Below are positions 28,179 through 37,679 of a stretch of DNA of 64,000 bases, piece by piece (the first letter of the stretch is position 1; the number at the start of each line of letters is the position of its first letter). This stretch comes from a virus (taxonomy: Duplodnaviria > Caudoviricetes). The notes beneath the pieces are model-generated. The model was not told where the DNA came from. It did no database searches and was given only the letters and a program-made list of their open reading frames with translations. Made by a program: the position numbers and the translations under genes. The stretch lies in the IMG/VR virus record IMGVR_UViG_3300024322_000001; one strand, given 5' to 3'.

Positions 28179-29815
28179 TACATTCCCATCATTGACATTG
28201 GATCTACTCCTCCTTCGGGTTTGTCTTCTTTTATATTAGAAACTACTGCTTCTGTAAGCAGCATTGTACCAGATACTGATGCTGCATTTTCTAATGCTAA
28301 CCTAGTAACTTTGGTTGGATCAATAATTCCTTCGTTAAACATATTAACTATGCTTTCAGTTCTAGGATTATAACCGGACCAGTATTCCCCAGTTTCTTTA
28401 ATTGACTGTTCTAAGGTACCTATAAACTCTTGGTCAAATCCAGCGTTTTCTAATATTTTATAAAACGGTCTTTCAATAGCACTAATAACTATATCGTAAC
28501 CTGTTTGTAGTTCTTGATCTATATTACCGATCTTAGAAGCTAAAGCTAAAGCTGCATTTAATAATGCTATTCCTCCTCCAGGAAGAATTCCTTCTTCTAA
28601 CGCTGCTTTTGTAGCATGAAGAGCATCATCAACTCTATCTTTCTTTTCTTTCATTTCTACTTCAGTAAATCCTCCTACATGTACCATCGCTACTCCTCCT
28701 AGGAATTTAGCTAATCGGTCTTGTAAAGTTTCTTTTTCATAAGGTGAAGTAGTTTCTTCTATTAAGTTTTTAATATCGTCTACTCTATTATTGATAGCTT
28801 CTTCATCTCCTGCAGCATCTATAATAGTAGTTGTATCTTTGGTAACTGTTACTTTTGCAGCTTTACCTAACCATTCGATATTAAACTTATCTAATCTCAT
28901 TCCTTTTTCTTGAGAAACAACTTGACCTCCTGTAAGTGTAGCAATATCGTCTAACATTGCTTTTTTTCTATCACCAAAGTCTGGTGCTTTCACACATGCA
29001 ACAGGAAGAATACCTCTCATCTTATTAACTACCATAGTAGACAACGCCTCTCCGTCGATATCATCAGCAATAACTAATAGTGACTTGCCTGCAGAAGAAA
29101 CTGCTTCTAATATAGGAAGTAGCTCTTTAACTGTGTTTAATCTTTTATCCGTAATTAAAATAAACGGATTTTGAAGAACAGCTGTCATTGTGGCGTTATC
29201 AGTAACGAAGTATGGAGACTTATAACCTCTGCTGAATTGCATACCTTCAACAGTTTCCAAATATGTTTCTCCAGTTTTAGATTCTTCGACTGTAACAACA
29301 CCATCTGTCCCAACTTTATCCATGGCAGTAGAAATCAACTCACCAATTTCCGTATCGTTATTAGCTGAAATCGTTGCGACTTGTGTAAGCTGTTCTTCAT
29401 CCGTTATATCTTTACTTTTCTCTACTATATAATCAACAGCATCTTTAACTGCTCTATCGATACCTCTTTTAATATCTACTGCATTAGAACCTTTTTTAAT
29501 CCTTTCTAATCCTTCTGATAAAATAGATTGAGCTAATAGTGTAGATGTGGTAGTACCATCCCCTGCTTGTTCGGCAGTTTTAATAGCTGCTTGTTTAACA
29601 ATTTGAGCTCCAATATTTTCTACTCTATCTTCTAACTCAATTGATTTTGCTACTGTTACACCATCTTTAGTCGAAACAGGATTTCCCATTGACTGTTCAA
29701 TTATAACATTTCTTCCTGATGGTCCTAAAGTTGCAGTTACAGCATCTGCTAATTTACTTACTCCTAATGCTAGTTCATTCCTAGCTTCTTTTGAAAATAC
29801 AATTTTTTTACTCAT
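28178..29815 (-). CDS. groEL: chaperonin GroEL
   Basis: [24 protein letters not shown] and GIIDPTKV motifs. Confidence 0.98.
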   Translation of the reverse strand: MSKKIVFSKEARNELALGVSKLADAVTATLGPSGRNVIIEQSMGNPVSTKDGVTVAKSIELEDRVENIGAQIVKQAAIKTAEQAGDGTTTSTLLAQSILSEGLERIKKGSNAVDIKRGIDRAVKDAVDYIVEKSKDITDEEQLTQVATISANNDTEIGELISTAMDKVGTDGVVTVEESKTGETYLETVEGMQFSRGYKSPYFVTDNATMTAVLQNPFILITDKRLNTVKELLPILEAVSSAGKSLLVIADDIDGEALSTMVVNKMRGILPVACVKAPDFGDRKKAMLDDIATLTGGQVVSQEKGMRLDKFNIEWLGKAAKVTVTKDTTTIIDAAGDEEAINNRVDDIKNLIEETTSPYEKETLQDRLAKFLGGVAMVHVGGFTEVEMKEKKDRVDDALHATKAALEEGILPGGGIALLNAALALASKIGNIDQELQTGYDIVISAIERPFYKILENAGFDQEFIGTLEQSIKETGEYWSGYNPRTESIVNMFNEGIIDPTKVTRLALENAASVSGTMLLTEAVVSNIKEDKPEGGVDPMSMMGM

Positions 29816-30116
29816 TCTCTGATTTTTTTACAACTGCTAATACTTCTCTGTCTTGTGCTATATAGTACTCTTCTCCTTCGAAATCTATCCTTAGGGTACC
29901 AATTTTAGGTACAAGTACAATATCTCCTTTTTTATGATGAACGGGAATAAATTGTCCGAACTCAGACATTCTACCTTTACCGGCAGCAATAACTTCTCCC
30001 ATTTCGGGCTTTTCTTTTCCCATATCAGGAATAACTATATTCCCGTATGTTTGTTCTCCTTCATCTATTGGCTTAATCAATAGCCGATCGTTAGATGGTA
30101 ATAAACTTTTTGACAT
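29808..30116 (-). CDS. groES: co-chaperonin GroES
   Basis: PSNDRLLIK, IVIPD..KEKP and GEVIAAGKG motifs. Confidence 0.95.
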   Translation of the reverse strand: MSKSLLPSNDRLLIKPIDEGEQTYGNIVIPDMGKEKPEMGEVIAAGKGRMSEFGQFIPVHHKKGDIVLVPKIGTLRIDFEGEEYYIAQDREVLAVVKKSENE

Positions 30117-30142
30117 ATAAACTTTTTTATTTAGTATTAATT

Positions 30143-30174
30143 ATAATATACGATTAAATAATCGAAAATCCAAC
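30143..30174 (-). promoter_or_regulatory. Bacteroidota-type promoter for groES-groEL
   Basis: GTTG-N20-TATATTAT. Confidence 0.7.
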
Positions 30175-30190
30175 CCCAGAGCAGAAAGAT

Positions 30191-30601
30191 TTAGCTAATT
30201 TTTAAAGTTTTTGGCTCTAAACCTTTAGCATAAGGTATAACAATTTGTAATAGTCCATTTTTAAAGTCAGCTGTTGCCTTACTTAAGTTAAACTTACTAT
30301 CAATTTTCCAACCTAAGTTGAATGATCGTTTGGCAATACCCTTATGGATATAGACATCGTCTAATTCAGCTTTTGGTCTTTCGTAATTTACTCTGATTAT
30401 ATTACCCTCGATAAGAATTTCGATATCTTCTTTAGAAATACCAGTGCAGGCAATATCAATGCCTAAACCATTGTCTCTTTCGTAAATATCTAAAGGGTGG
30501 GGTAATTTGGATTCTGCAAGAGGCTTATATGCTCCTGCTTCTTGGAAAAAATTCCTTACTAAAATGTCGAACGGATTTCGTTCTAAAAATAATGTACTCA
30601 T
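30191..30601 (-). CDS. Hsp20/alpha-crystallin small heat-shock protein
   Basis: YIHKGIAKRSF...ADFKNGLLQI motifs. Confidence 0.92.
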   Translation of the reverse strand: MSTLFLERNPFDILVRNFFQEAGAYKPLAESKLPHPLDIYERDNGLGIDIACTGISKEDIEILIEGNIIRVNYERPKAELDDVYIHKGIAKRSFNLGWKIDSKFNLSKATADFKNGLLQIVIPYAKGLEPKTLKIS

Positions 30602-30699
30602 ATCATTTGAATTTATGATGCCCTAAGGTCATCGGTTATTAAAAAATTAAAAACGCTCTGGGGTCGTTTTTCTTTATTATAAATATGTTAAAAATAACT

Positions 30700-31086
30700 T
30701 TACTGGTACTCATCGTAAGATTTCTCTTCTACTAATTCTGAACCTGTTATTGTATTAATAATTTTTTTGACTTCACTTCTTCTATCGTTAGTAACATAAA
30801 CTGATCTAGCTAACTGTATAAACTCGTTACCGAAGTCTTTACGTTTTTCACAATCCCTTATCCAATCTTCTATATCCCAAAGTTGCCCATTTATGTTAGA
30901 AAGTTCTAAATAGTGGTTTTGGAGATCACCTTCATAATTTTCGAATAACTCTTTAGCTAGTGGATTAAGTGTATCGAACTCTTTTTGTACATTAGCTAAT
31001 TTTTCTTTATCTTCAATTTTATTTAACTTAATTTCTAATATAGAAAGTTTATCTAGTAACTCTCCGTTTGATACTTCTACTTGCAT
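30700..31086 (-). CDS. DUF6165-like protein
   Basis: VSNGELLDKLSILEIK...LWDIEDWIR...ARSVYVTNDRR...EEKSY. Confidence 0.7.
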   Translation of the reverse strand: MQVEVSNGELLDKLSILEIKLNKIEDKEKLANVQKEFDTLNPLAKELFENYEGDLQNHYLELSNINGQLWDIEDWIRDCEKRKDFGNEFIQLARSVYVTNDRRSEVKKIINTITGSELVEEKSYDEYQ

Positions 31087-31502
31087 AGTGACTCAGTTAT
31101 TAATTGTTTATACTTAGATGATGACCAGTCGTGGTTTCTTTCTATCCAATGTACTGGAATACCTAATTCCTTACCTGTGTATTCCCTCCCTGTGTAATCG
31201 TCTCCTAAAAATCTAACGTCTGGGTCTATACTTTTTAAAAGGAAGTGTAATTCTTCTTCTGTTGTATACGTTAATATAGTAGGAAAAGAATAATAAAACA
31301 TTTGACTTAAAATTTCTCTCCTTTCCTGTACTGAAAGAACAGGTTTATACTTTTCCGGACGTTCAATGGTTGGATCTTCATGCAGTAAAATAAATAAATC
31401 CGAACAATTTTTACTTATTTCTTTAAACATCCTGACATACCCAGGGTGAATTACATCAAAACACCCTGCTATTACTCCTATTTTAAAATCGTTTTCTTCC
31501 AT
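31077..31502 (-). CDS. cytidylyltransferase-like (TagD/HIGH-family) nucleotidyltransferase
   Basis: AGCFDVIHPGY, GDDY and SSS motifs. Confidence 0.8.
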   Translation of the reverse strand: MEENDFKIGVIAGCFDVIHPGYVRMFKEISKNCSDLFILLHEDPTIERPEKYKPVLSVQERREILSQMFYYSFPTILTYTTEEELHFLLKSIDPDVRFLGDDYTGREYTGKELGIPVHWIERNHDWSSSKYKQLITESLCK

Positions 31503-31503
31503 A

Positions 31504-33915
31504 TTAATGTCCTTCTTTCCAGTTGTCTGCTATTTCAGGAGGAGCTTTAAGAGTTACTCCAGGTAACTTAGTAGTATTCTCCATTATTTCCTGTACTACA
31601 GGTGCAAATATTGCTGCTTGATCTTCTTTAACGTTTATAATTAATTGATCATGTACCTGTGCCTGCACACAAGCATCAATACCCATCTCCTTAGCTTTTC
31701 GATTTATTACTAAAGCTGCTCTATTCACTACAGCTGCTGCTAAAGACTGTAATTGAAAATTAAGACAGTTATTTAACCCATTACGGTAATCTCTATAAGC
31801 TTGAGTAACCTGGTCTCTAGGTGATATCGTTTTTACTATTTCACCGTTCTTCTTTACGTATTTAGGAGATAGCTGAGTCTCGAGCTGCTTTCTAAATCTC
31901 CAATCCATCATTCTGTCTCCTACTTTTTCAAAGAGATTTTTAACTTTAGGTAAATGCCTTACTCTACCTACGTAGTTTTTTATGTAACCGTAATCTTTTA
32001 CTTGACGTCTAGATTCTTCTCGCCACTCTTTAAGTTGAGGAAAACCATCTAAGTAACCTTTTACAAGACTTTCAGCAGTTTTTTGATCAACACCTAAGGT
32101 CATTTTTAATGCATAAGCTTCCATACCGTATGCAATTCCTAACGAATAAGCTTTAGCCTTATTACGTGCTGGTGCATCTAATTTCTTGAGGTAGTTATCT
32201 GCTTTTTTATCTGCGGATACTCCATTCGGAAATCTGCTTTTTTGATCCTCTAATTTTTCAGTCTTTATAGCAACAGTGGAATAGAAGTCCCAACCTTTAT
32301 TAAAGATTTCTTGCAAAGCAACATCTCCAGTTACAGATGCAAAGCAATGAGGCTCCAAAGATTCGTAATCAGCATCGATTACTTTCCTACCTTTTCCTGC
32401 AGTTAAGAAAGCACGTACTATATTTACGTACTTCATAATAACTGGAGCATCTTCTCCATCTTCTAGAGGTTTAGGTAGTTGCTGAGCATCTGAACCGTAT
32501 CTGCCTGATACTGTACCGTTCTGCTTAAAGTAGAAGTAGTATCTACCGTCCTCATGACGGTCTCTAAATCTATCTACATAGGTAGATTTAATCTTTAAAA
32601 GTTTATTGTAGATACGTAAATTCTCAGCCCAAGGATACTCTTTTGCTAAGGTTTTTACCATATCCATATCAAACTTAGCTCTACCAGATTTAGTATTAGC
32701 ACCTGCTACTTTAGGTTCAATTCCCATATAACCGAAGACTATTTCACCCAAGTGTTTCTTAGACTGAATGTTAATATAATCTCCATCATTAGACTCTTTC
32801 CACATTGACATAGAAATACGTGCTTTTTCAACATCCTCTAGAAGGGATTCGTCTCCGGTTATCAGGAATTGCTTGACTGCTTCCTCTTTTTCATTAGAAG
32901 GTTCATACGCTTCAATGTTCTTTTGAGTAAGGGAGTACTTACCTGTCTTTTCACTTTTCGGTAGTGCAATAGAATATCGCTGGATTAGGTTTTGAGCCCA
33001 GTTACCTTTGTGAGATACTGGATAGTTAGTCATAGCTGTAGCAACTATCCACTCCTTTACTTCAGGAATAGCAATCAGAGATTTCATTACAATCTCTTTA
33101 TTCTTTTTCTGATCTTCTACTATTTCATTATGGATCTTTTCTAGTAGTTCCATATCTAAATCAACTCCGTATGCTTCCATAGGAACTGTTACTTCTCTGT
33201 ATATAGGCATTACCTCTTCTTCAAAAAAGAAATCCCATAATCCTTCATCTTTTAGTTTACCTAAGTATAGATTACATATACGTAAAGTTAAATCGGTATC
33301 TGCAGATGCATACTTAGATAGTATTTCTAAATCTGCTTTATATATCTGAAAGCTATCCTTGGTAACTGATCCTCCGTTACTTTTAATACTCTCTTTAAGT
33401 TCTATTTGCTCTTCGTTAGCTGCTTTTTCTACATCTAAACCTAAAGCTTCTTGATTCATTATAGCAATAGATTTTAATCCAAAAGGATTACCAAACCCAA
33501 ATGCTCCTTCTTCGTATACCGTATGAACTAGTAAACCTGTATCCACCCATACCGAAGGAAGTAAGTCTACATCAAAGTAATTCTTAATAAACTGAACGTC
33601 AAAGGAAGCATTATGAAATACTAATTTCTTTCCTATAAGAAGTTTAAGTAAGTTTTTAGATATAACCTCTGTCGATTGATCGTTAATCTCTTGAAGTACT
33701 AATTCATCTCTTTCGTAATCAAATACTAAAGTAGGTAGGTAGAAACCTATACCTTCATCTCCGGATACAGACCAACCAATTATTTTATCTTTACGAGGAT
33801 TCAATCCAGTAGTTTCAGTATCGACTGCAATTACATCTGAATCTAAGATATGCTGATGGAGTAGCATTAAAGTTTCCTCATCTTGAACCGTATAATACTT
33901 TTTTTCTAATTTCAT
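31504..33915 (-). CDS. polA: family A DNA polymerase with 3'-5' exonuclease
   Basis: Exo motifs VDTETTG, FHNASFD, YASAD; Pol motifs GTVSGR, DADYESLE, RNKAKAYSLGIAYG, QVHDQ. Confidence 0.93.
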   Translation of the reverse strand: MKLEKKYYTVQDEETLMLLHQHILDSDVIAVDTETTGLNPRKDKIIGWSVSGDEGIGFYLPTLVFDYERDELVLQEINDQSTEVISKNLLKLLIGKKLVFHNASFDVQFIKNYFDVDLLPSVWVDTGLLVHTVYEEGAFGFGNPFGLKSIAIMNQEALGLDVEKAANEEQIELKESIKSNGGSVTKDSFQIYKADLEILSKYASADTDLTLRICNLYLGKLKDEGLWDFFFEEEVMPIYREVTVPMEAYGVDLDMELLEKIHNEIVEDQKKNKEIVMKSLIAIPEVKEWIVATAMTNYPVSHKGNWAQNLIQRYSIALPKSEKTGKYSLTQKNIEAYEPSNEKEEAVKQFLITGDESLLEDVEKARISMSMWKESNDGDYINIQSKKHLGEIVFGYMGIEPKVAGANTKSGRAKFDMDMVKTLAKEYPWAENLRIYNKLLKIKSTYVDRFRDRHEDGRYYFYFKQNGTVSGRYGSDAQQLPKPLEDGEDAPVIMKYVNIVRAFLTAGKGRKVIDADYESLEPHCFASVTGDVALQEIFNKGWDFYSTVAIKTEKLEDQKSRFPNGVSADKKADNYLKKLDAPARNKAKAYSLGIAYGMEAYALKMTLGVDQKTAESLVKGYLDGFPQLKEWREESRRQVKDYGYIKNYVGRVRHLPKVKNLFEKVGDRMMDWRFRKQLETQLSPKYVKKNGEIVKTISPRDQVTQAYRDYRNGLNNCLNFQLQSLAAAVVNRAALVINRKAKEMGIDACVQAQVHDQLIINVKEDQAAIFAPVVQEIMENTTKLPGVTLKAPPEIADNWKEGH

Positions 33916-33918
33916 ATA

Positions 33919-34215
33919 TTACTCAAATTTCATTCTAAATACGTTAATTGACATTCCTGATTCTTCTAGAGCTTCGTTAGTTGCCTTTACCATATTGTCT
34001 CCATATGTGTAAATTCCTTCTTCTCCTCCAGTTAGAACTCCTATGACTTCTCTCTCTTTGAACCCGATAGCACTTATAGTTCTTCCAAACTCTTCTGCAA
34101 TCAATGCTCGAACTGTTTTGATATCTTTAGTTTTTAGTAACGTAAAATACCGTTTAAAATAGAGGCGGCATTCTTCTAACGGCCACTCTTGATAATGATT
34201 TACTGCTTTTGACAT
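33919..34215 (-). CDS. hypothetical protein (possible HTH)
   Basis: IAEEFGRTISAI motif; promoter motif at 34231-34262. Confidence 0.55.
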   Translation of the reverse strand: MSKAVNHYQEWPLEECRLYFKRYFTLLKTKDIKTVRALIAEEFGRTISAIGFKEREVIGVLTGGEEGIYTYGDNMVKATNEALEESGMSINVFRMKFE

Positions 34216-34241
34216 AACCTTTGTTTTATATTAATATACGA

Positions 34242-34829
34242 TTAATTTTCTTTTCTACCAAACATAAACGTGTTTATATTCTTTAATTCTGCTTCAATAT
34301 GATTTATTCCTGCTTTTCCACAACCAGATAAAGGGATTACGGTTAAATGTACTCTACCGCTATACCATTTTGAAAGTTTTAAACAAGTATTCTGGGCTTC
34401 AATTCCTAAAGTATTAGTAGATTTATATACATTTCTACCAATCAAATGTTGACCTATTCTCTGCTGTCCGTTACCTAATTTAGAACCAATATACATTACA
34501 TCGGCTACTGAATGGTTAATTCTTAAACCAGGAGTAGTACCAAATCCTTTTTTAATTACAGAATGATTTTCAATATCTTCTCTTGTAAGTTTATCTGCTG
34601 CTTCAAAGATATAAACAATAGGAGTTTTAGTACCTACCTTTTCTTCAAATCTATTATAAAATTTTATAAATTTTTCTGGGTTATCAGCTAGTTCTTTTGG
34701 ACTGATATACCTCCAATGTATGGGGTCGTATTTTAGACTTTCGCTATAAAGTCTAGATGCACGTTTCTTATCTTCATAAGCATTTTTTGCTTGTGCATCT
34801 GCTACTTCAATTGATAATTCTTTAATCAT
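34242..34829 (-). CDS. GIY-YIG-like nuclease
   Basis: IVYIF...MYIGS...RIGQH...IEAEL motifs; promoter motif at 34860-34891. Confidence 0.5.
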   Translation of the reverse strand: MIKELSIEVADAQAKNAYEDKKRASRLYSESLKYDPIHWRYISPKELADNPEKFIKFYNRFEEKVGTKTPIVYIFEAADKLTREDIENHSVIKKGFGTTPGLRINHSVADVMYIGSKLGNGQQRIGQHLIGRNVYKSTNTLGIEAQNTCLKLSKWYSGRVHLTVIPLSGCGKAGINHIEAELKNINTFMFGRKEN

Positions 34830-34874
34830 ATAACCTTTATTTTCCCAATTATTTATATCTAAATATAAGAAATA

Positions 34875-35045
34875 TTATGCAGAAAACCAACTAATTAGTA
34901 TGTTAATTACTATAAAAAGGTTAGTTAAGACTGCTTGAATAACTATAAATGTTCTAAACCAAGCAATCTTATCCGCCTCTTTATTATCTCCTACTTTCTC
35001 TCCTAACGCTTTTGCCCAAAGTCGCCACCATTTAGTATTCGCCAT
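34875..35045 (-). CDS. small membrane protein (56 aa)
   Basis: Own translation MANTKWWRLWAKALGEKVGDNKEADKIAWFRTFIVIQAVLTNLFIVINILISWFSA. Confidence 0.7.
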   Translation of the reverse strand: MANTKWWRLWAKALGEKVGDNKEADKIAWFRTFIVIQAVLTNLFIVINILISWFSA

Positions 35046-35304
35046 ATAAATCGAACTTCATGGGTTCTTCAGGTTCTACCTCTATTTCGTGCTTCTTAAC
35101 AGCATATAACTTTCCAGCCAAGGGAGCTAATCTGTATTCTCCTTTAAATTTAGTTTTTCTCATATACATTGTTAATGCCATTACTAAACCTTCTATAGTA
35201 GAGCCTTCATCGATAACTAGTTCCCAATTGTCTCCCGGTGGTACCCTCAAGGCAATGAGTTCGTTTTCTTCTTCTATTAATGTTTCAATTGCTTCTTTTG
35301 CCAT
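35032..35304 (-). CDS. hypothetical protein
   Basis: 90-aa ORF within the operon. Confidence 0.65.
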   Translation of the reverse strand: MAKEAIETLIEEENELIALRVPPGDNWELVIDEGSTIEGLVMALTMYMRKTKFKGEYRLAPLAGKLYAVKKHEIEVEPEEPMKFDLYGEY

Positions 35305-35494
35305 TAAAATATTCTTTTAAAAATTCTTCTCTATACAACATTACTTTACCTTTATAAGCTTTATTGCTTACGAACCTAGTATTTACAGGTTCTTTTGCTG
35401 ATTTAGCAGCTTTATAAACTTCTTCTCCAAGCTTTATACCTGCTGCATATCCTAAATGATCGTATAAGGATACTGAAGCTTGTTCTTTTATCAT
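35285..35494 (-). CDS. hypothetical protein
   Basis: 69-aa ORF coupled to queF (SLYDHLG...YKGKVMLY). Confidence 0.65.
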   Translation of the reverse strand: MIKEQASVSLYDHLGYAAGIKLGEEVYKAAKSAKEPVNTRFVSNKAYKGKVMLYREEFLKEYFNGKRSN

Positions 35495-36405
35495 TACTGT
35501 CTAAGAGTTTTAGAAATTCTAAAATCTGTGTCTGTAAAGAAATCTGGTATAAATCTCGAATGGGTAGCTCTAATAGGATTAATATCTAAACCACCTCTTC
35601 TAGTATATAGACAAGCAACCATTAAATCATCAGGTTTATACGCATCCATTAAATGCTTAAATACCATTTCACATATTTCCTCATGAAAATGGCTTACCGT
35701 TCTATGAGATACAATATACTTAGCTAACGAAGCTACATCAGGTACATCTCTACCGTTAATTCTTATAAATACATCTCCCCAATCTGGTTGATTAGTAACC
35801 CTACAGTTAGATCTAAGTAAATTTGATTTTAACTTAACCTCGATAGGATCGTCTGAGTTATCTTCAACTGTTAGTTGATCTGAATCTGATTTAAATGCGG
35901 TAAAGTCTATTTCATCTAAATCTACTATATCACCTAAATCTGTATATCCTTCAAAAGATAATTCTTTGCCATCATCTAAATCAGTGTAAAAACTCACAGT
36001 AGTATTAGTTTCAAGTAACTTATCTAAATCAGCTTTTACCCTTCCCTCAATCTCTAAAATACATTCTACAGCTGTATCTCCTAATCTAGTCATATTAAAA
36101 GAATTTAAATATAGCTTAATAGATTTAGATTCCACGTGATATTCAGAATCTGAAGGGCATACTATTTTTAACATACCTGCTACAGGTAATCCTTTACTAG
36201 TAATAGCCGAAACTTCGTAACAGTTCCAGGTATCTACTCCAACAAAGTCTTTATCTGTCAAACCGTAACCTTCTCTATTTAAGTATCGAGGTACTTTAAC
36301 TAATAATTCTGGAGCGTAGGTATCTTTATACCCGTCTCCTCCTACTTTTCCTAAATGTTTAGACGCTATGTCTACTACTTCTTGATAATTTTTAACTTCT
36401 GCCAT
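35494..36405 (-). CDS. queF: NADPH-dependent preQ0 reductase (bimodular QueF)
   Basis: ESKSIKLYLNSF, LRSNCRVTNQPDWG, FHEEICE and YTRRGGLDINP motifs. Confidence 0.93.
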   Translation of the reverse strand: MAEVKNYQEVVDIASKHLGKVGGDGYKDTYAPELLVKVPRYLNREGYGLTDKDFVGVDTWNCYEVSAITSKGLPVAGMLKIVCPSDSEYHVESKSIKLYLNSFNMTRLGDTAVECILEIEGRVKADLDKLLETNTTVSFYTDLDDGKELSFEGYTDLGDIVDLDEIDFTAFKSDSDQLTVEDNSDDPIEVKLKSNLLRSNCRVTNQPDWGDVFIRINGRDVPDVASLAKYIVSHRTVSHFHEEICEMVFKHLMDAYKPDDLMVACLYTRRGGLDINPIRATHSRFIPDFFTDTDFRISKTLRQ

Positions 36406-36410
36406 TTTTT

Positions 36411-37016
36411 TTATTCTTTAATATAATCAATCCAATTAGTTCCTTTTGTATCTCTATTAGGAAATACAAATTTTCGTTTAATATCGCCAATAGTAATAGT
36501 CTTAATAAAACTAGAAGGTACCGTAGCACCAGTTCTTAATACTTCTGACTCGTCTGTAAATACTAACTCCACTCTTACATGTATATCAGTATTAAAAAAT
36601 TTAGCTGCATCTCTTTCAAATGCTTCTAATCTACTCCACTGTCCCCTATTTAACCCTTCGTGCTGTAATGCAGAATTAAAGTAAGAAAACGTGCTTCGTA
36701 AGGATTCTTCAGTACAGCTAAAAGAAGCTGCAGGAGCAAGGTGTCCTTTATCCCAAATATTGTTTTTATAGTCCTCATTATCGGATGTATCATAACCTTC
36801 CGGAATCCAAAAATCCATTCCATGTCTAGATTCCTTACCGTTAGGGCAAGTTATAGTATACTCCACCCATAATGGCTGTTGTAGTTTTTGATCGTACTCT
36901 ACTTTAAATGTTTCAGTTTCTACTATCTGTGCATTTAACGTTGATGTTACAAATATTGTTATAAAAAATATTATTGCAAATAATAATAATTTTTCTGAAG
37001 ATTCTAATTTATTCAT
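36411..37016 (-). CDS. exported DNA/RNA non-specific endonuclease (NucA/Serratia type)
   Basis: Signal peptide (NA-Q); WDKGHLAPAA and N..LQ...LNRGQW..LE motifs. Confidence 0.88.
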   Translation of the reverse strand: MNKLESSEKLLLFAIIFFITIFVTSTLNAQIVETETFKVEYDQKLQQPLWVEYTITCPNGKESRHGMDFWIPEGYDTSDNEDYKNNIWDKGHLAPAASFSCTEESLRSTFSYFNSALQHEGLNRGQWSRLEAFERDAAKFFNTDIHVRVELVFTDESEVLRTGATVPSSFIKTITIGDIKRKFVFPNRDTKGTNWIDYIKE

Positions 37017-37531
37017 TTTATAAATTCCATTATTTGTTCTACTCTTTGCATAGGAGAACCAGTTATAGTGAGATAAGGCTGACGTACACCTTCTAACACT
37101 GCTTGAAACTCATCATCTACTTCTTTTCTCCATTCTTCACTTATACTTCTTACTCCATCATCTACAGAATCAAATTCAATAGGAAAGTAAATATAATGAG
37201 TATATTCATTTTTTACCCTATTCCAAGTATCTTCTATATAGCTGTAAGTATGTGAAGTTACTCCTTTCATAAACTTAGTATAAACTACCACATCCATATA
37301 ACATCTATCTAATACTAAGTTATAAGGTTGAAGTAAAGCTTCTAAATGAAAGCTACTAATAGCTAACTGAGTAGCACAAGTACCTTCTTCGTTGATAGGA
37401 AATCCATAACTACCAACAGTTCTAGTAGATTCGTTTACGAATTCATATTTAGGTAATTTATTTTTAAGTAGTTCATAAACAGTAGTCTTACCTGTACTAC
37501 TTGCTCCTACTAATGCTATTCTTGTTATCAT
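37013..37531 (-). CDS. P-loop nucleotide kinase (AAA_28/NadR-like)
   Basis: GASSTGKTT, LDRCYMD and DDGVR motifs. Confidence 0.8.
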   Translation of the reverse strand: MITRIALVGASSTGKTTVYELLKNKLPKYEFVNESTRTVGSYGFPINEEGTCATQLAISSFHLEALLQPYNLVLDRCYMDVVVYTKFMKGVTSHTYSYIEDTWNRVKNEYTHYIYFPIEFDSVDDGVRSISEEWRKEVDDEFQAVLEGVRQPYLTITGSPMQRVEQIMEFIK

Positions 37532-37676
37532 AAAACCTATTTAATGTATTATACATACCTGCTATTCCAAAGTCAGCACCATATTTTTTATTTTGATCTA
37601 AAAAAAACATCATTAATCTTTGAAATGAATTACCTTCACTTTTTCTTACTAAATAAAATTCTTTATCTATATTCAT
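37497..37676 (-). CDS. small hypothetical protein (59 aa)
   Basis: Own translation MNIDKEFYLVRKSEGNSFQRLMMFFLD...; fills the gap. Confidence 0.5.
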   Translation of the reverse strand: MNIDKEFYLVRKSEGNSFQRLMMFFLDQNKKYGADFGIAGMYNTLNRFYDNKNSISRSK

Positions 37677-37679
37677 TTT

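Noticed and set aside
30117-30190. CIRCE operator upstream of groES
   Set aside because: No TTAGCACTC-N9-GAGTGCTAA match was seen.
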